A DNA stretch of 64,000 nucleotides. Source: Albugo candida (Eukaryota). Of this stretch, positions 1 through 12,045 are shown piece by piece. How positions within the stretch are numbered: the first letter of the stretch is position 1; every line of letters starts with the position of its first letter. The position numbers were made by a program, and so were the translations under genes. The stretch covers positions 248,001-312,000 of the forward strand of contig JBDOQK010000019.1 of NCBI GenBank assembly GCA_040437565.1, read 5' to 3'. Below the pieces are notes generated by a model. That model saw only the letters and a list, made by a program, of their open reading frames with translations. It ran no database searches and was not told where the DNA came from.

Positions 1-25
1 TACTCAGCCTCATACTCAAATTTGG

Positions 26-1855
26 TCAAAATTGCATATGCATGCGTTTGGCCACCTCAATTGCTCCTTTTATCATGTTGATTGCACGAACACGATCTTG
101 ACGCAACACACTGAAGGAAATCAATCCGACGAGTTGCCCTTTCTTGTCAACTGCAGCTCCACCACTAAATCCGTTGTCAAGCTGCGCCGCAGTTCGGAGC
201 ATCGCCTTATCAACTTCTTTACCATCGTAAAGTTGCGAGTCGGTACCAGAACATATAGCATGATGGACTGTGATGGTATTGTGCCCGCTGCTGGGATAAC
301 CAAACATCCACATTTCGTCACCAGGCTCCACATTATTAGAATTTCCAATGGGGACAGCAGGAAGTCTCTCAATGCTTTCGGAAGAAGTGCCCTGGATTCG
401 TACAACATTCCACTTTTTCGCGATGATTCGATCCGTAACATCTCCGATGTAGATTCCACTCGGTGGGTCTGATAAAACTTCATGGTCAATGCGTAAGAGA
501 GCATAATCAAGCTCCTCGTTGCAACATTCTGGGATTGCTTTGGCGTGATATTTCCATAGTGGAGGTAGTGAAGTAGACTCGGTTGGGGCCACTAAAATCA
601 TGAAATCATCGCTATAAATGCTATCGAAATGTTCGCCTTGTAAGCAGTGACGGGCAGTCGCAATCAGTCCCTTCTCGTGTATCACGATGCCGGAGCCCAC
701 ATTGCACAAATCACCGTCAGTAGTCAGAATAGCGATTCGGACTGCGGACTGCTGAACACGACGTACAAGGGAAGCTTTGTACTGCTTCATTTCGGCCCGT
801 TTTTGTTTAAATCTCGACACAGGTGCCACAGCCCGCGACGATGCCGTTGAGGGTCGTAAACTTTCGTCCTCGTCCTCCAGAAGCTCATCATCGCCAAAAT
901 CAGCCAAGCATGCTGCAGCATTCAGTAGTTTGATTCTCGGCCCAAATGGGATGCCCAAGTCCCGTAAATGGCCGGCATTCATCAGACACAACGATTCCAC
1001 ATCGATTTCTTCAGCTTCAAAAATAGGAGCATATTTGCTCAGTCCCATTGACGTCAACAAACTCGACATCACTTGAAAACTCTTCTTCTTCTCCGCAGCG
1101 CGTCGTGCTGCATATCGTACGGCAAACTTCTTATGCCACGACAAGTGTTCGAATTCCACACCATGAATTTCCCGTTGCAGCGCAACCAAGGATTGCTTAT
1201 GCTTGAAATTGGAGTCATCACCGAACTCGCCAATATAAATCGGGCGCCAGACGATGTCAAGTAAAGCTCGTTTGTACCAAAATCGACATGTCATCGATGC
1301 CAGTATCAAATCCACGTGATTGAGAAAGCTCAGCATGTGGGTAAAGACACCTCGAGGTACCCACGCCTTAGAATGAATGAATGAATTTGCAGGTACTTTA
1401 TTCATGCATAGCACTTTTGGAAAACAGGTTTCACACACTCGAGATTTGTGCGTGTGCCCAGCCAGTGAGATTCGATGGCGAGAACATTTTTGACAAAATA
1501 CATAACCACAACGCCGACATCGATGGGATCGTCTCAATAAAGAGAACTTTTCTTTGCAAATATTGCAACATGGTGAGCCAAAAAAAGGAGATGCCCAACG
1601 ATCAAATTGCTTGGACGATGGAGACGGAGCCATGGGTGAGTTCATTTGGGTGTTGATATTATTATTGATCGTCTGCGCACCCTGCATCCCCTTGTGTTCA
1701 TGAGTCGAGTACGAACGACCCGATCCATTAGTGACATTGCTGAGGTTTCTTTGATGTAAAAGCTTCTGAGCACCAGAACAGTATCCATCCCCGGATTGAC
1801 TTCGCCCTAAGGCTACAAATTGCGGTCTCGAAGACTTTGCTCCATTTCGCTGCAT
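26..1855 (-). CDS. FYVE-type zinc finger + F-box + SAM + trypsin-like (Trypsin_2/HtrA-type) serine protease multidomain protein
   Basis: Single ORF, first ATG at 1855. FYVE: CNICKEKFSLLRRSHRCRRCGYVFCQKCS...RVCETC. F-box: VPRGVFTHMLSFLNHVDLILASMTCRFW. SAM: LLTSMGLSKYAPIFEAEEIDVESL...LRDLGIPFGPRIKLL. Protease: GSGIVI..TARHC / DYALLRI / GFSGGAAVDKKGQLVGL. Confidence 0.9.
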   Translation of the reverse strand: MQRNGAKSSRPQFVALGRSQSGDGYCSGAQKLLHQRNLSNVTNGSGRSYSTHEHKGMQGAQTINNNINTQMNSPMAPSPSSKQFDRWASPFFGSPCCNICKEKFSLLRRSHRCRRCGYVFCQKCSRHRISLAGHTHKSRVCETCFPKVLCMNKVPANSFIHSKAWVPRGVFTHMLSFLNHVDLILASMTCRFWYKRALLDIVWRPIYIGEFGDDSNFKHKQSLVALQREIHGVEFEHLSWHKKFAVRYAARRAAEKKKSFQVMSSLLTSMGLSKYAPIFEAEEIDVESLCLMNAGHLRDLGIPFGPRIKLLNAAACLADFGDDELLEDEDESLRPSTASSRAVAPVSRFKQKRAEMKQYKASLVRRVQQSAVRIAILTTDGDLCNVGSGIVIHEKGLIATARHCLQGEHFDSIYSDDFMILVAPTESTSLPPLWKYHAKAIPECCNEELDYALLRIDHEVLSDPPSGIYIGDVTDRIIAKKWNVVRIQGTSSESIERLPAVPIGNSNNVEPGDEMWMFGYPSSGHNTITVHHAICSGTDSQLYDGKEVDKAMLRTAAQLDNGFSGGAAVDKKGQLVGLISFSVLRQDRVRAINMIKGAIEVAKRMHMQF

Positions 1856-2576
1856 TGAAATGTTGATTGCAATATTACAAGCAAAAACTGTTATTATATA
1901 CGAACACTCGAAAGACAACGCTTATAAAGTTTGCTGTTGTTTTAGCTGCTTGATTTTGCGCCCTGTGTCCTGGTTATAAATGAATGGGTACGAATTGCGC
2001 GCAAGAAACACGTCAAAAAGATGTGAAAAGAGGGTACTGATGTGTCCCGGGTGCAAACGGGTACTCTTCACTTTTATTCTAATTATGTCGCTCCTTTACT
2101 CAAGTGGAACTGCTTTTCATGTGGAAAGCACTGGATTTACCCTAGAGTCCAACGTGCTCAGCTGCCTGTGCATTTGCCATTTGAGCTTCCAGAATCTCGA
2201 ATTCTCAAAAACACATAGTGACAGAAACATAAGAACGGGTAATGTAGAAACATGCTTTTCGAATCTGATAGATTGATTCCAAAATGTGTGCGCATTTGTA
2301 ATAACAAGACTTTACACATCTACTGATTAGATGCTTGAATTGAACGGATTTCACTAAGCCGGGCTGTCGCGCTTTTGTAGCAAAAGGCTTGTATCTGGAA
2401 GCCAGATATTACGCGCTTTATTCAGCTGGCATCATTGCCCGAGGTACGGATGATTAAGTTCCGTTGATGTGCTAGATTTCTTAAGTGCGTGGCAATGACA
2501 GGCACACGTCATTCAAAAAGACGAATTCTCTCTGCCAAAGCTTAGCTAACTTCCTCTTTCATAGAATAATAAAGTC

Positions 2577-3122
2577 ATGTCGGTCACGAAACGAAACAAG
2601 AAGTCAATGCCCCTCACAGATCTCCCCGTACCAGAATGCGATATCCGGTCAATTCTGCTCGCGAATGATGGAAGTTTATCGCGTGATTTTGAAGCAATTT
2701 TGACCAAACTTTTCATCTCCTACCTTGAAAAACCAACAGATAAATGTATGACGTTGGAGAATTTGAAAAAATTCAGCATCGACTGCAATCACGGAGTAGC
2801 GTTCTCCCATCACGAGATCAAAGAAATACAGACATACTTTCAGTGTGACGAGAAGAAGCAGTTGACTCTCAGAGGTTTCAAGGACATTTACCGCACTCAG
2901 TCAAGCGCAGAACCAATTGAAACCTGGCGGGATTTGCGTAGTTTGGGATACGAGAAAGAATTAGTAGAGCGATACTTTGCTTCTCTGAAATGCCACGTGT
3001 GCAAAGAAACCTCAAGTTTTGTTTGTTCGCGATGCAAATCGGCTCGTTATTGCTCCGAACAATGTCAAAAGAAGGACTGGAAGAGCAATCACAAAGTGTC
3101 CTGTAAAGTTATACATGCGTAG
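2577..3122 (+). CDS. MYND zinc-finger protein with N-terminal EF-hand-like region
   Basis: C-terminal CHVCKETSSFVCSRCKSARYCSEQCQKKDWKSNHKVSC fits the MYND pattern. FQCDEKKQLTLRGFKDIY resembles a degenerate EF-hand. Confidence 0.85.
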   Translation: MSVTKRNKKSMPLTDLPVPECDIRSILLANDGSLSRDFEAILTKLFISYLEKPTDKCMTLENLKKFSIDCNHGVAFSHHEIKEIQTYFQCDEKKQLTLRGFKDIYRTQSSAEPIETWRDLRSLGYEKELVERYFASLKCHVCKETSSFVCSRCKSARYCSEQCQKKDWKSNHKVSCKVIHA

Positions 3123-3240
3123 TAGATTTAGCCAATTAAGAAAAATGAAAAATGATACGTGTTCAGTTCCATTTACTGACTTCCTAGCACTGTGACTTAA
3201 GTGAGATAGTATTCCGACGTCTTGGCTCGACGATATTCAG

Positions 3241-6200
3241 ATGGCGCAAATGAGCTCGGACGAAGAATTCGAAAAGTAACAATCCACGCAACCAGCAGTG
3301 AAATTATGATTCAGATACTGTATTGATTGCACAGATTCTTACTGGAGCAGGAGGATGAGAACGAAGAGAATGAGTCCCCACCAGATTATGACGCACTTCC
3401 TACATCTAAGATGGCTACACACACGTAACAGAACCCCATATCATCTACGTTTCTGTCGTCACCAAGTAATGAGCTCTAGCAGCGTACAGGAATTTGCGTC
3501 AAAGATCAGAACAAAGCACAATAAGACAGAGAAAGCCAGCAGAATTACTTTGGAAGAAAGAGTTGCTGAGATACTAAAACAATCGCGCCAAGATAAAATT
3601 CGAGGCGAAAGACATGAACCACTTATGGCTGACGAGGAAGAGGAGAATGAATTTATGGGCTCACCGGACACATCGTTTGAGATCAACTACGGAGAGCTAG
3701 ACTTGCATACCAGGGAACGTCATGCAGAAGTAACTCGTACATCGGTGCTCGGATAATCGCTCGCTAAATGTAGTCTGATGTGCTGTGTACTAAGCATATC
3801 TTTGGTGTAGCTAGTCCAGCTTCAACAGCGATGGATTCATATTGAACCCAACCGCGCTTGATAGCGCTGAACAAGGTGTTTTTCCTTGTTCTGAAACTAC
3901 TGGATACGCTTCACTTTCATCTTGTGTCGTAGAGAATCGCTATCAGCAACACAAATTGGAAAAGGAAGATCATACGTTGACGGAACTTGGATCCTATAAA
4001 AATTCTGTTGACTCATGGCCGGATTACTCGGATGACGAAGAATTTGTTAGCGAATTCGACCAGATGAGAGTTTGTGATTAAAGCGTGATCATCGACGATC
4101 ATCACCGATTCATTGTAGGATTTTATGTCATCGGAGGTACCGGGAATTCGCGAACCTGATCATCAACAATCAGCGATGCAAGCAACGAGAGCTATCGAGG
4201 TTGAATTCAAACCTAAGGACGCAATGGAGAAACCAGGATACGAAGATGAAGAATTTGAGGCAAGTGTGAGGACGACGGAGCTACAATATTCGACTATCTG
4301 TGTTTCCACTTTATAGGACGAAGTGGATCAAGTATCTCTCATACGGCATGGATTAGTTGATGAGATAAACGGATCAAATCTGCAACATCCACAAAGTATA
4401 ACCATAAAAGGTCAGTCGTATGTGGTTGACGAAGCGGTGGGGAATATGAAGAAACAGAACGACTTATTCACAAAGGAACCAAAGAACGTACAAAGCGCAA
4501 CTTTGGTAGAAAAGGATGGTTCGCACGATCTGATCGAACCAAAGTCATTCGACGGTCAAATCGAAACGGTGCACCAACCAAATGGGTCAACCAGTCCAGA
4601 AATTGCTGCGTTTGTATCACCAGTGCAGGTACTATTTTTTTTTCAAGACCGAAGCCAATTACAAAATCTGATTTAGTTTTCCTTACAGTCTCCTCCGCCT
4701 CCACCACCACCTGATGATGAGTCTGTCAATGAAGCGGTGGATTCTCCAATATCGGGTCAAATCAGTCAATTCAGTATGGCTCCACAACAGAACACTCTGA
4801 CGACTTCTGTGGTAAACGTAATGATCGATGGAGTCTCGAACGAGACAACAAAGTTACCTGAAGCAAAGGATATCAACTCTGTATATCACAATAAACACGA
4901 CGGGGACATTAAATGGAGTCAAGATAGTGAAAAACATGAAGAAAAGCGTCTGATGAAAGAACAAGAGTTGGCTTTCTTCTTGCGACAAGCAAAAAGTCAG
5001 ATAGCGGATTTGGAGCAACAGCTGCGTCGAAAGGAAGACAATACGAATGCGGCAAAGGCGAAGAACAATGCGTTCAATCCTGAACATCATGAAGCCATCA
5101 AATCCGAAAATATCACACGACTGGAGAATGAAATTCAGTCACAAGAGCAATTGATTCAGGCTTTTCAGCGTGAAAATGAACAACTTATGCTGAAAATGAA
5201 ACAAATCCAATCAGAAACTAATTACGACATTCATCTCGAAAACAAGCGACTCAAATTAGAATTGCAGCACTCGATTCAGTTTGTTGACAAACCTGTAGGT
5301 GTGCCAATCGAGAGCGTACCGATGCAGCAATATCACACTGCCGTGGAGGCGCGGTTACGTGCGGAAAGTCAGGCCGCAGCCTTACAGGAAGAAATTACAA
5401 GTCTACAACACGTATATCGTGAAAGAGAGCTCGAATGGAAATCTCGCTTGAATCAAATTGAGAAGGCAATGCGTCACATGGAAAGCAAGTACGAAGGCAT
5501 AGATCTTGATCAAGTTGTTCAAGAGCATGTGCAGGTCCGGCAACTAGAGAAACAGCTAGAATTTCAAGAAAAGCAGGCAGCGCATACTGCAAAAAGTTTG
5601 CAGAAAAAATTAGAGTGGTACATTGAAAATCAGAAGCTGCTCGAAGACCAAGAACAAGAGGTAGATCAACTCAAGAGGCGAATTCGAGAACTTGAATCAT
5701 GTGCCGGCAAAGAGAACGAAGGGAAAGTGAGCATGAGAGCAAAAGAGGCCGTACATGATCAAGGAGGATCTTACTTGCGATCACGCACCGATTTACGTCG
5801 TATACAGAAGCTAGAGAAGCTGGTGAAGGAGCTGCAATCTGCATTAGAGAAACGTCATCCGGACAGTGTGACGTCTTTATTGTTGGCTTTTCGTCAGGCC
5901 GATGAGAAAACTCAAACCGAACAAGTTGCAAGTGAATACCAAAAGAAGATGGAGTGTCTTCATATGGAACTAGAAGCACTGCGTACGAAATATGAGTGCA
6001 AAGTTCAGAGCTTTCGTCAGCAACATGAAAAATTAAAGCTTCATTACGAACAAAAGTTGGCGGATGCATCACGTAGTGGATGTACAAGCACTCAACACTC
6101 GAAAAATGTCCGTAGTAAAGGGAGTCACAGCAATGAGAAGAAGCCTTTTCCGGATCAAAAAAAGCAAATTGCTCGTCTCCGTGAATTTTACGCTGCAAAA

Positions 6201-7081
6201 GCTCGAGACATGGAGCGTAAATGGGCAGCAAAATTTGAATCTGCAATGGCGTCAAAGTCCAAAAAAATTAATTGCGGTAGCTGTCAGGCTCGTTCAGCCG
6301 CTCAATTGGGCGCTCAAGATCTTGAGTCAGCGGTGGAGAGGAAGGATGAAAGGCTAGACGAGATAGATGCGCAGAATCGAGTCGCTATCGAAGTGGAAAA
6401 AGAAAAGGTGAGAACGCTCACTGACCAACTGAAGCAGAGTGAAATGACCCGACAGCAACTCGCACAAAATTTCGACTCGTTACAAGCATTGCGGTCATCT
6501 GTAGAGTCCAACCAGCGTACCGTTGAGAAAGCTGCACGAGGCACTCAAACGAAGACTGATTTTGTGGAATTGGAACGATACGAAATCCTCGAGCGGAAGC
6601 TCAAATGGCAGGAAGAAGAGCGAATTTCACTAAAAACGCAACATGAAGCAGAGTGTCAAAAATTAAAAAGCAAGATTCATCGCATACACAAAGAAAACAG
6701 AAAAGTACTTGTATCACACGCAATGCAAGTAGAGAAGCTAGAAAATGATATCACGAGAGCTCAAGTCGAGAAGCACCAGATCTACCCAGAGCTTCGTTTG
6801 ATGGAATCTCTTGCCGGAAAGGTGGACACACTAGCTCGAAAATACCATTTGCGGCAGACAGAATTAGACTTGATGGTGTCCCGGACAAAATCGATTCGTG
6901 AATTGGAAATTGCTCAAGTTCAGCGAAAGTACACACTGGTTCTTGCTGAGAAAAATGCAGAGATACAGTGCTTTGAGCAAAAGGTGAGGCACAATATTTT
7001 CCGGTAAAGTATGTACTGACTGTATGCGAGCTATAGCTGGAAGAGATGATCAATGAAATGGAAGCATTACGAGGTGGGTAA
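3241..7081 (+). CDS. CEP162: CEP162-like centriolar/transition-zone coiled-coil protein, multi-exon
   Basis: ATG at 3241 followed by several short introns and a large coiled-coil exon. Motifs LQKKLEWYIENQKLLE and LEKRHPDSVTSLLLA match remembered CEP162 signatures. Last exon ends ...EALRGG-TAA at 7081. N-terminal exon borders are approximate. Confidence 0.75.
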
Positions 7082-8189
7082 GATCGGAGATACAGTTAAA
7101 CCGATCGTGGTTTGGGCTGTGATGATGCAAATTGTAAAAGGACGTCATTATGAAGACCGCTCTCTGCTTTTGTCTACTTTTACCACATTAGTCTAAAATG
7201 TTCGCACAGCCTGGCTCTACTCCGAATATTTTCAGACTGAAATAAAAGCCACCGAGAATGCTAGTATTAGAAGAAGTACACAATCCTTACTAGTGTTGGG
7301 GCCCAAATCAGCATGATAATTGCACTCAGGTCTCAGCGAAGCAATTTTCGTACGCAAGGATGGTTGATCGGATAAGGAGTGACTCAGGTATCTTTTATCA
7401 GCTCTAGTAAACCCGATCGATAGAATGCTTGTCCGCATAGCTACATGTTCGGGCTTTCCTGAATGTAGCTCGAGTTTTCTCACTTTGAACGTTGTGCGCG
7501 ACTTGTCAGCATGCAAGTAGCTTATTGACTTGCACGTATCTAGAAGAGTAACAAAAGCTTCCTGGTTGAATGAAGCTATTTTGAGTCAGTGAATGCCCTC
7601 CAAACGCCGCTGTGAGAAGTGCTTTACTCAATTTACAGTCGCTGTAGACACTGCTTCGTAACGTTAAGTGACATCATCCCAAGCTATCAGGTATGCGAAG
7701 TGGGCAATAGTCGACTGAACTTATGTCAGCTCTTCTCTACGGGGACCCTACTCGCAATGCAATTCTTTTTGTATTTTGTATGGAGCGTTAGAAAAAGTGG
7801 TACCCAAAAAAGAAGTTGTCGCCATCCCTTTCTTTTGGTTGATACAAAATTTCTTTCTTTTGTCAATTGTACTGCTTCTGTCGTGTCATAAAAGACGGAT
7901 ACAAACTTTCAGGCTATTATTGCTAGGCGGCATCAAGACAAAAAGGCTCCGACACGTGAATCCACTGATCGGGCAAAACAACCTGACCCAGTGTAAGTGA
8001 AAAGTATCGATCGGATTTTTCAGACTTTATTTTGTAGGTAGCAAAAAATTTACAATTAAGTACTTCTTCCGCTATTGATAGCTTGTGATCGCGCAACAAC
8101 ACTACAAACAACGTCATTATTAAAAAAACAAACGAAAGCTGACAGCGGTGGATCCCACCTACATTTTCCCACCCTATCTGTATACCGTT

Positions 8190-8987
8190 ATGGAAATTAT
8201 GACAACACAAACTCCTCAGCTGTTGGTAGCTACACATAGTCTAGACGGCCCATGTCATATTCCAAAATCACATCGTCCAGATGCGCCATCACAGTATACT
8301 AAATGTCCTACTCGGGAGCGTACGGTAGTAGTGTTTGACTGGGATGACACGCTGTGTCCGAGCACGTGGTTACATGCAAACAATCTTTTACCGAAATGCC
8401 GAGGTGATCCAGTCTTCTTATCAGCGCAACAGCAAAAGACACTAGATGCTATCAGTTCAAATGTCATCCGGATTATAAGAAAAGCCGTTAGTTTTGGTCC
8501 GGTATTCATTGTGACAGCCGCAGAATATGGCTGGGTTGAATTATCATGCACTTTGTTCATGCCATCTGCGCAAGAGATCTTGAATTTACCAGATGTTCAT
8601 GTCGTTTCAGCTAGGACATGGTACGAACAGACATTCGGGTATCAAGGTGATGCAAACAGTTGGAAGTATGAAGTGATGCAGCTGATTGCGCAAAAGTGTT
8701 TTGCCGAAAGCACAACATCGCTCGATTCATATTTCAATCTCGTATCTATCGGTGACTCGATGGCTGAACGAGATGCATGTCATTTGGCAATTGAAAATAT
8801 TCCGAACACGTACGCAAAGACGCTGAAATATATAGAGCATCCTGGATCGGAAGAAATGATTCAACAATTACAGCTCACGTTCGAATCGTTCGACCAGATG
8901 TGCACTTGGGAGAACTGTTTAGATCTACAGCTGACACGATCGCAGTTGCAGGAGTTGCAAAAGCTAAACAGCACCAACAGTATTTAA
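8190..8987 (+). CDS. HAD-superfamily-like protein (DWDDT motif)
   Basis: Motif I VVVFDWDDTLCP, motif II FIVTAAE, motif III Lys (SWKY), motif IV VSIGDSMAERDA. ATG at 8190. Confidence 0.8.
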   Translation: MEIMTTQTPQLLVATHSLDGPCHIPKSHRPDAPSQYTKCPTRERTVVVFDWDDTLCPSTWLHANNLLPKCRGDPVFLSAQQQKTLDAISSNVIRIIRKAVSFGPVFIVTAAEYGWVELSCTLFMPSAQEILNLPDVHVVSARTWYEQTFGYQGDANSWKYEVMQLIAQKCFAESTTSLDSYFNLVSIGDSMAERDACHLAIENIPNTYAKTLKYIEHPGSEEMIQQLQLTFESFDQMCTWENCLDLQLTRSQLQELQKLNSTNSI

Positions 8988-9186
8988 GACCGGAAAAGGG
9001 ATTATAAAATTCATGAATATAATTTTAGAATACATTAAAATACGCTGATAAACTTCGTCCAGTGACCATAGCGATCCCTTCAAGCCATTGCTTGGATTGC
9101 CCGTACCATTTGAGTTGGTCTACAAGATACAAGCGAGAGTACATGCTTTGAACCTTGTCGGATCAGGATTTTCCAATAAAGAGAGG

Positions 9187-10844
9187 ATGGTGTATGACAC
9201 TATTTGTGCCCTTCACAATATGGACAGCGGACGTACATCGCAAAAAATCATTTTCGTACTGATCGATGGATTAGCAGATGTTTCGGTATCTGAGCTAAAC
9301 GATGCGACTCCCTTGAGCCACGCAGTTACCCCTGCGATGGATCGGATAGCATGTAAGGGATCTGATTGATTGATAAACAGTCACTAGACTTATGCTCGGT
9401 CATGTAGCGGCAGGACTGAATGGGCTGATGGATCCGGTCTCCCCAGGTTACGCATGTGGTAGCGATACCGCTCATATGAGTATTTTGGGATACAATCCGT
9501 TTATGTAGGCATCCTCTCCACAATTTTACTTGCCTTTCATTGAGCCTCATTTGCATTAGTCATTATCGTGGTCGTGGGTCATTTGAAGCAATGGGTGCTG
9601 GATTATTAATGGAAAATGGCGATGTGGCTTTCAAATGCAATTTTGCTACGATTGAGACAGTTAGTTTCATGCGCGCTGGGTCATGAATGCTTACTCGAGT
9701 GTTTTGTCCAGGTTGATGGTCAAAGGATTGTGACAAAACGAAGAGTAGATCGAGACTTTTCACAATGGGGAATTGAGTTGTGTTCTTTCTTAGACCAACA
9801 ACCGCTTGCAGATTTTCCAACTGTGCGCATATCTACAAAGTATGCGACAGAGCATCGTTGTGGAATTGTTTTCAAAGGTCCAAGTCTTTGCGATAGAATT
9901 ACTGGAACCGACCCACTCAAAGACAAGTACGCTGCTCAATGCATATAGCGGCAACTCTATACTAGGACTCAATCGGTTTACACTGCTTAGTCTGCCACTG
10001 CGAAGATCAGATAATCTGGATGATTCCCCTGAAGCTATTTATTCGAGTCAGGTGAACTTTACTCGATTGTTTCGATAGAAATGCAGTTTCGATTAACCAA
10101 GTCATGCTATAGGTCCTCAACGCGGCATCTGATGCGTTCCATGAACGACTTTGCACGCATCCGATCAATCTCGAACGAGTTCAGAAAGGTTTGCCTCCTG
10201 CAAATGTTGTTCTTTTACGGGGACCCGGTGAACGCATCAATGTGCCAACTTTTGAAGAAACGCATGGTTTGAAATCATTCATGATTGCTCCTACGTGTAT
10301 AATCGCGGGTCTTGGGGCGTCTCTGGGCATGACTCTTGTTCAAGCACCAAATGCAACAGGTGATTACCACTCTGACTTCAATTCTAAAGCCAAAACAGCC
10401 GTTGCGGAATTGACCAAAGATGATCGATCGTATGACTTTGCATTTGTGCATGTCAAGGCCGTTGATGACGCGGGTCACGATTGTTCATTGGAAAAGAAAG
10501 TTCACTTGATAGAAAAGTGTGATGAAATGATACAAGTCTTGCTGGATGGTCTACAGGAGCACGTTCAAGATTCTATTATTGTGGTGACAGGAGATCACAC
10601 GACTCCAGTTGATTATGGTGATCATACCTTTGAGCCTGTACCCTTTACGATCGCGCACGTCCCCATGGTAGCTAATGCAAAGGCGTGTATCAGCAATCAC
10701 AACAGCGCGCAATTGCAGGGCCAAGTGAGTGATGATGTCACCCAATTTTCAGAGCTCTCGGCAGCAAGAGGTGCATTGGGTCGCTTTTCAGGCGATCAAG
10801 TCATGTCGCTCATCAAGCGATACAGCGGCAACTCGAGTGGTTGA
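9187..10844 (+). CDS. Cofactor-independent phosphoglycerate mutase, ApgM/archaeal-type metalloenzyme family, multi-exon
   Basis: [85 protein letters not shown] and VVTGDHTTP are spread over exons separated by GT-AG introns. Confidence 0.9.
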
Positions 10845-11324
10845 TAAGATACTTTGTGACTCTGTAATGCTATAAAACTCGTATTGCTATTGTCTTGTTC
10901 AAAATTCACAGCCCTGAGGCAAGCCTATCTCGTATAATTAGTCGGATATTTCCAAAATGGCAATAGCATGAATGGAATATATCGAGTCGTGAATTTTGTG
11001 CCGCACTGATAACGATTGGCATCAGCGTATTGACTCTAAATCAATGCATGTCTGGCAAGGAGATTCAACGAAGCCGATAGCGTGGATTCTTGTCGCATCC
11101 AGACAGAAATTCTAGTTTGCTTAAAAGCCCATCGAATCATTTCTTTAAAATTCTGCGCGGAAAGCGCGCAGCTTCTAGCTATGGCCCACCGGCAACAAAT
11201 TATTGGGAAACAAGTACTCGGTATTGTCAAGTCCTTCCAATACATGTTTTTCGTGTTAAAGTATGCTTTTCACAGTACCGAGCTCCTGCAAAGCAGCAGA
11301 ATGTTGACCTTGTACAGACGAGCT

Positions 11325-11630
11325 TTACATGAAGCCAGTCAATAGTCGCTGCGATTGCTGTCTTTGATACACGATCAACAAAAAACATGCGTGCATCTGT
11401 ATAAGAGAGTGTGGAGTTTTACCCACCGTTGACCACGGTCCATGCAGACCCCTCATCACTCTGCTTCCTCGAAGCACAAAGCTGCAAAAGTGAAGCGTTC
11501 TGATCCATGCGTCTAATTCTGCGCGTGATACAGCGTCGATGTGATATATTACCCAAAAAATACTCTGTAAAGAATAAGTTAATAATGCAAATGGTGCGAT
11601 CGGTCCGTTTGAAGTGGCATACTCACACAT
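11325..11630 (-). CDS. Possible exon of a PH-domain-like hypothetical protein (gene model unresolved)
   Basis: YHIDAVSRAELDAWIRTL resembles the last strand plus Trp-bearing helix of a PH domain. I could not assemble a clean spliced ORF. Confidence 0.25.
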   Translation of the reverse strand: MCEYATSNGPIAPFALLTYSLQSIFWVIYHIDAVSRAELDAWIRTLHFCSFVLRGSRVMRGLHGPWSTVGKTPHSLIQMHACFLLIVYQRQQSQRLLTGFM

Positions 11631-12045
11631 AGATCTTAAGGTGTTCGAAACGCAGCGAATTATACAAAGGACTATATAGTTGCCTCAGTGCCGGAATAAA
11701 TTACCTCGCCATTTGTATTCAGCAATAAGAGCATTCAAACTGCTGACCAAACTGATATTTGCAGGAGATACGACAATCACGTCGTGAGTCGATTATGACG
11801 GATTAAATTTTTAAAACCTGAGCCAAATGATACTTGCGAGCGTAAAAAAAGAATCAGACGTAATACGTCCTTTTTTATTATTACTGTGACGTAACAGTTT
11901 CTGACTGACTGCTTTTTCCCGATAAAATCCTCGGCAAATTTGGTTGGCGGATGGATCAGCAAATAAATATTATTTTTTTCTGGAAAAAGTGGCTCGACTA
12001 TATATGTAATTTATTGATAGCGTCGATGCCCTCTATATTTGCTTG

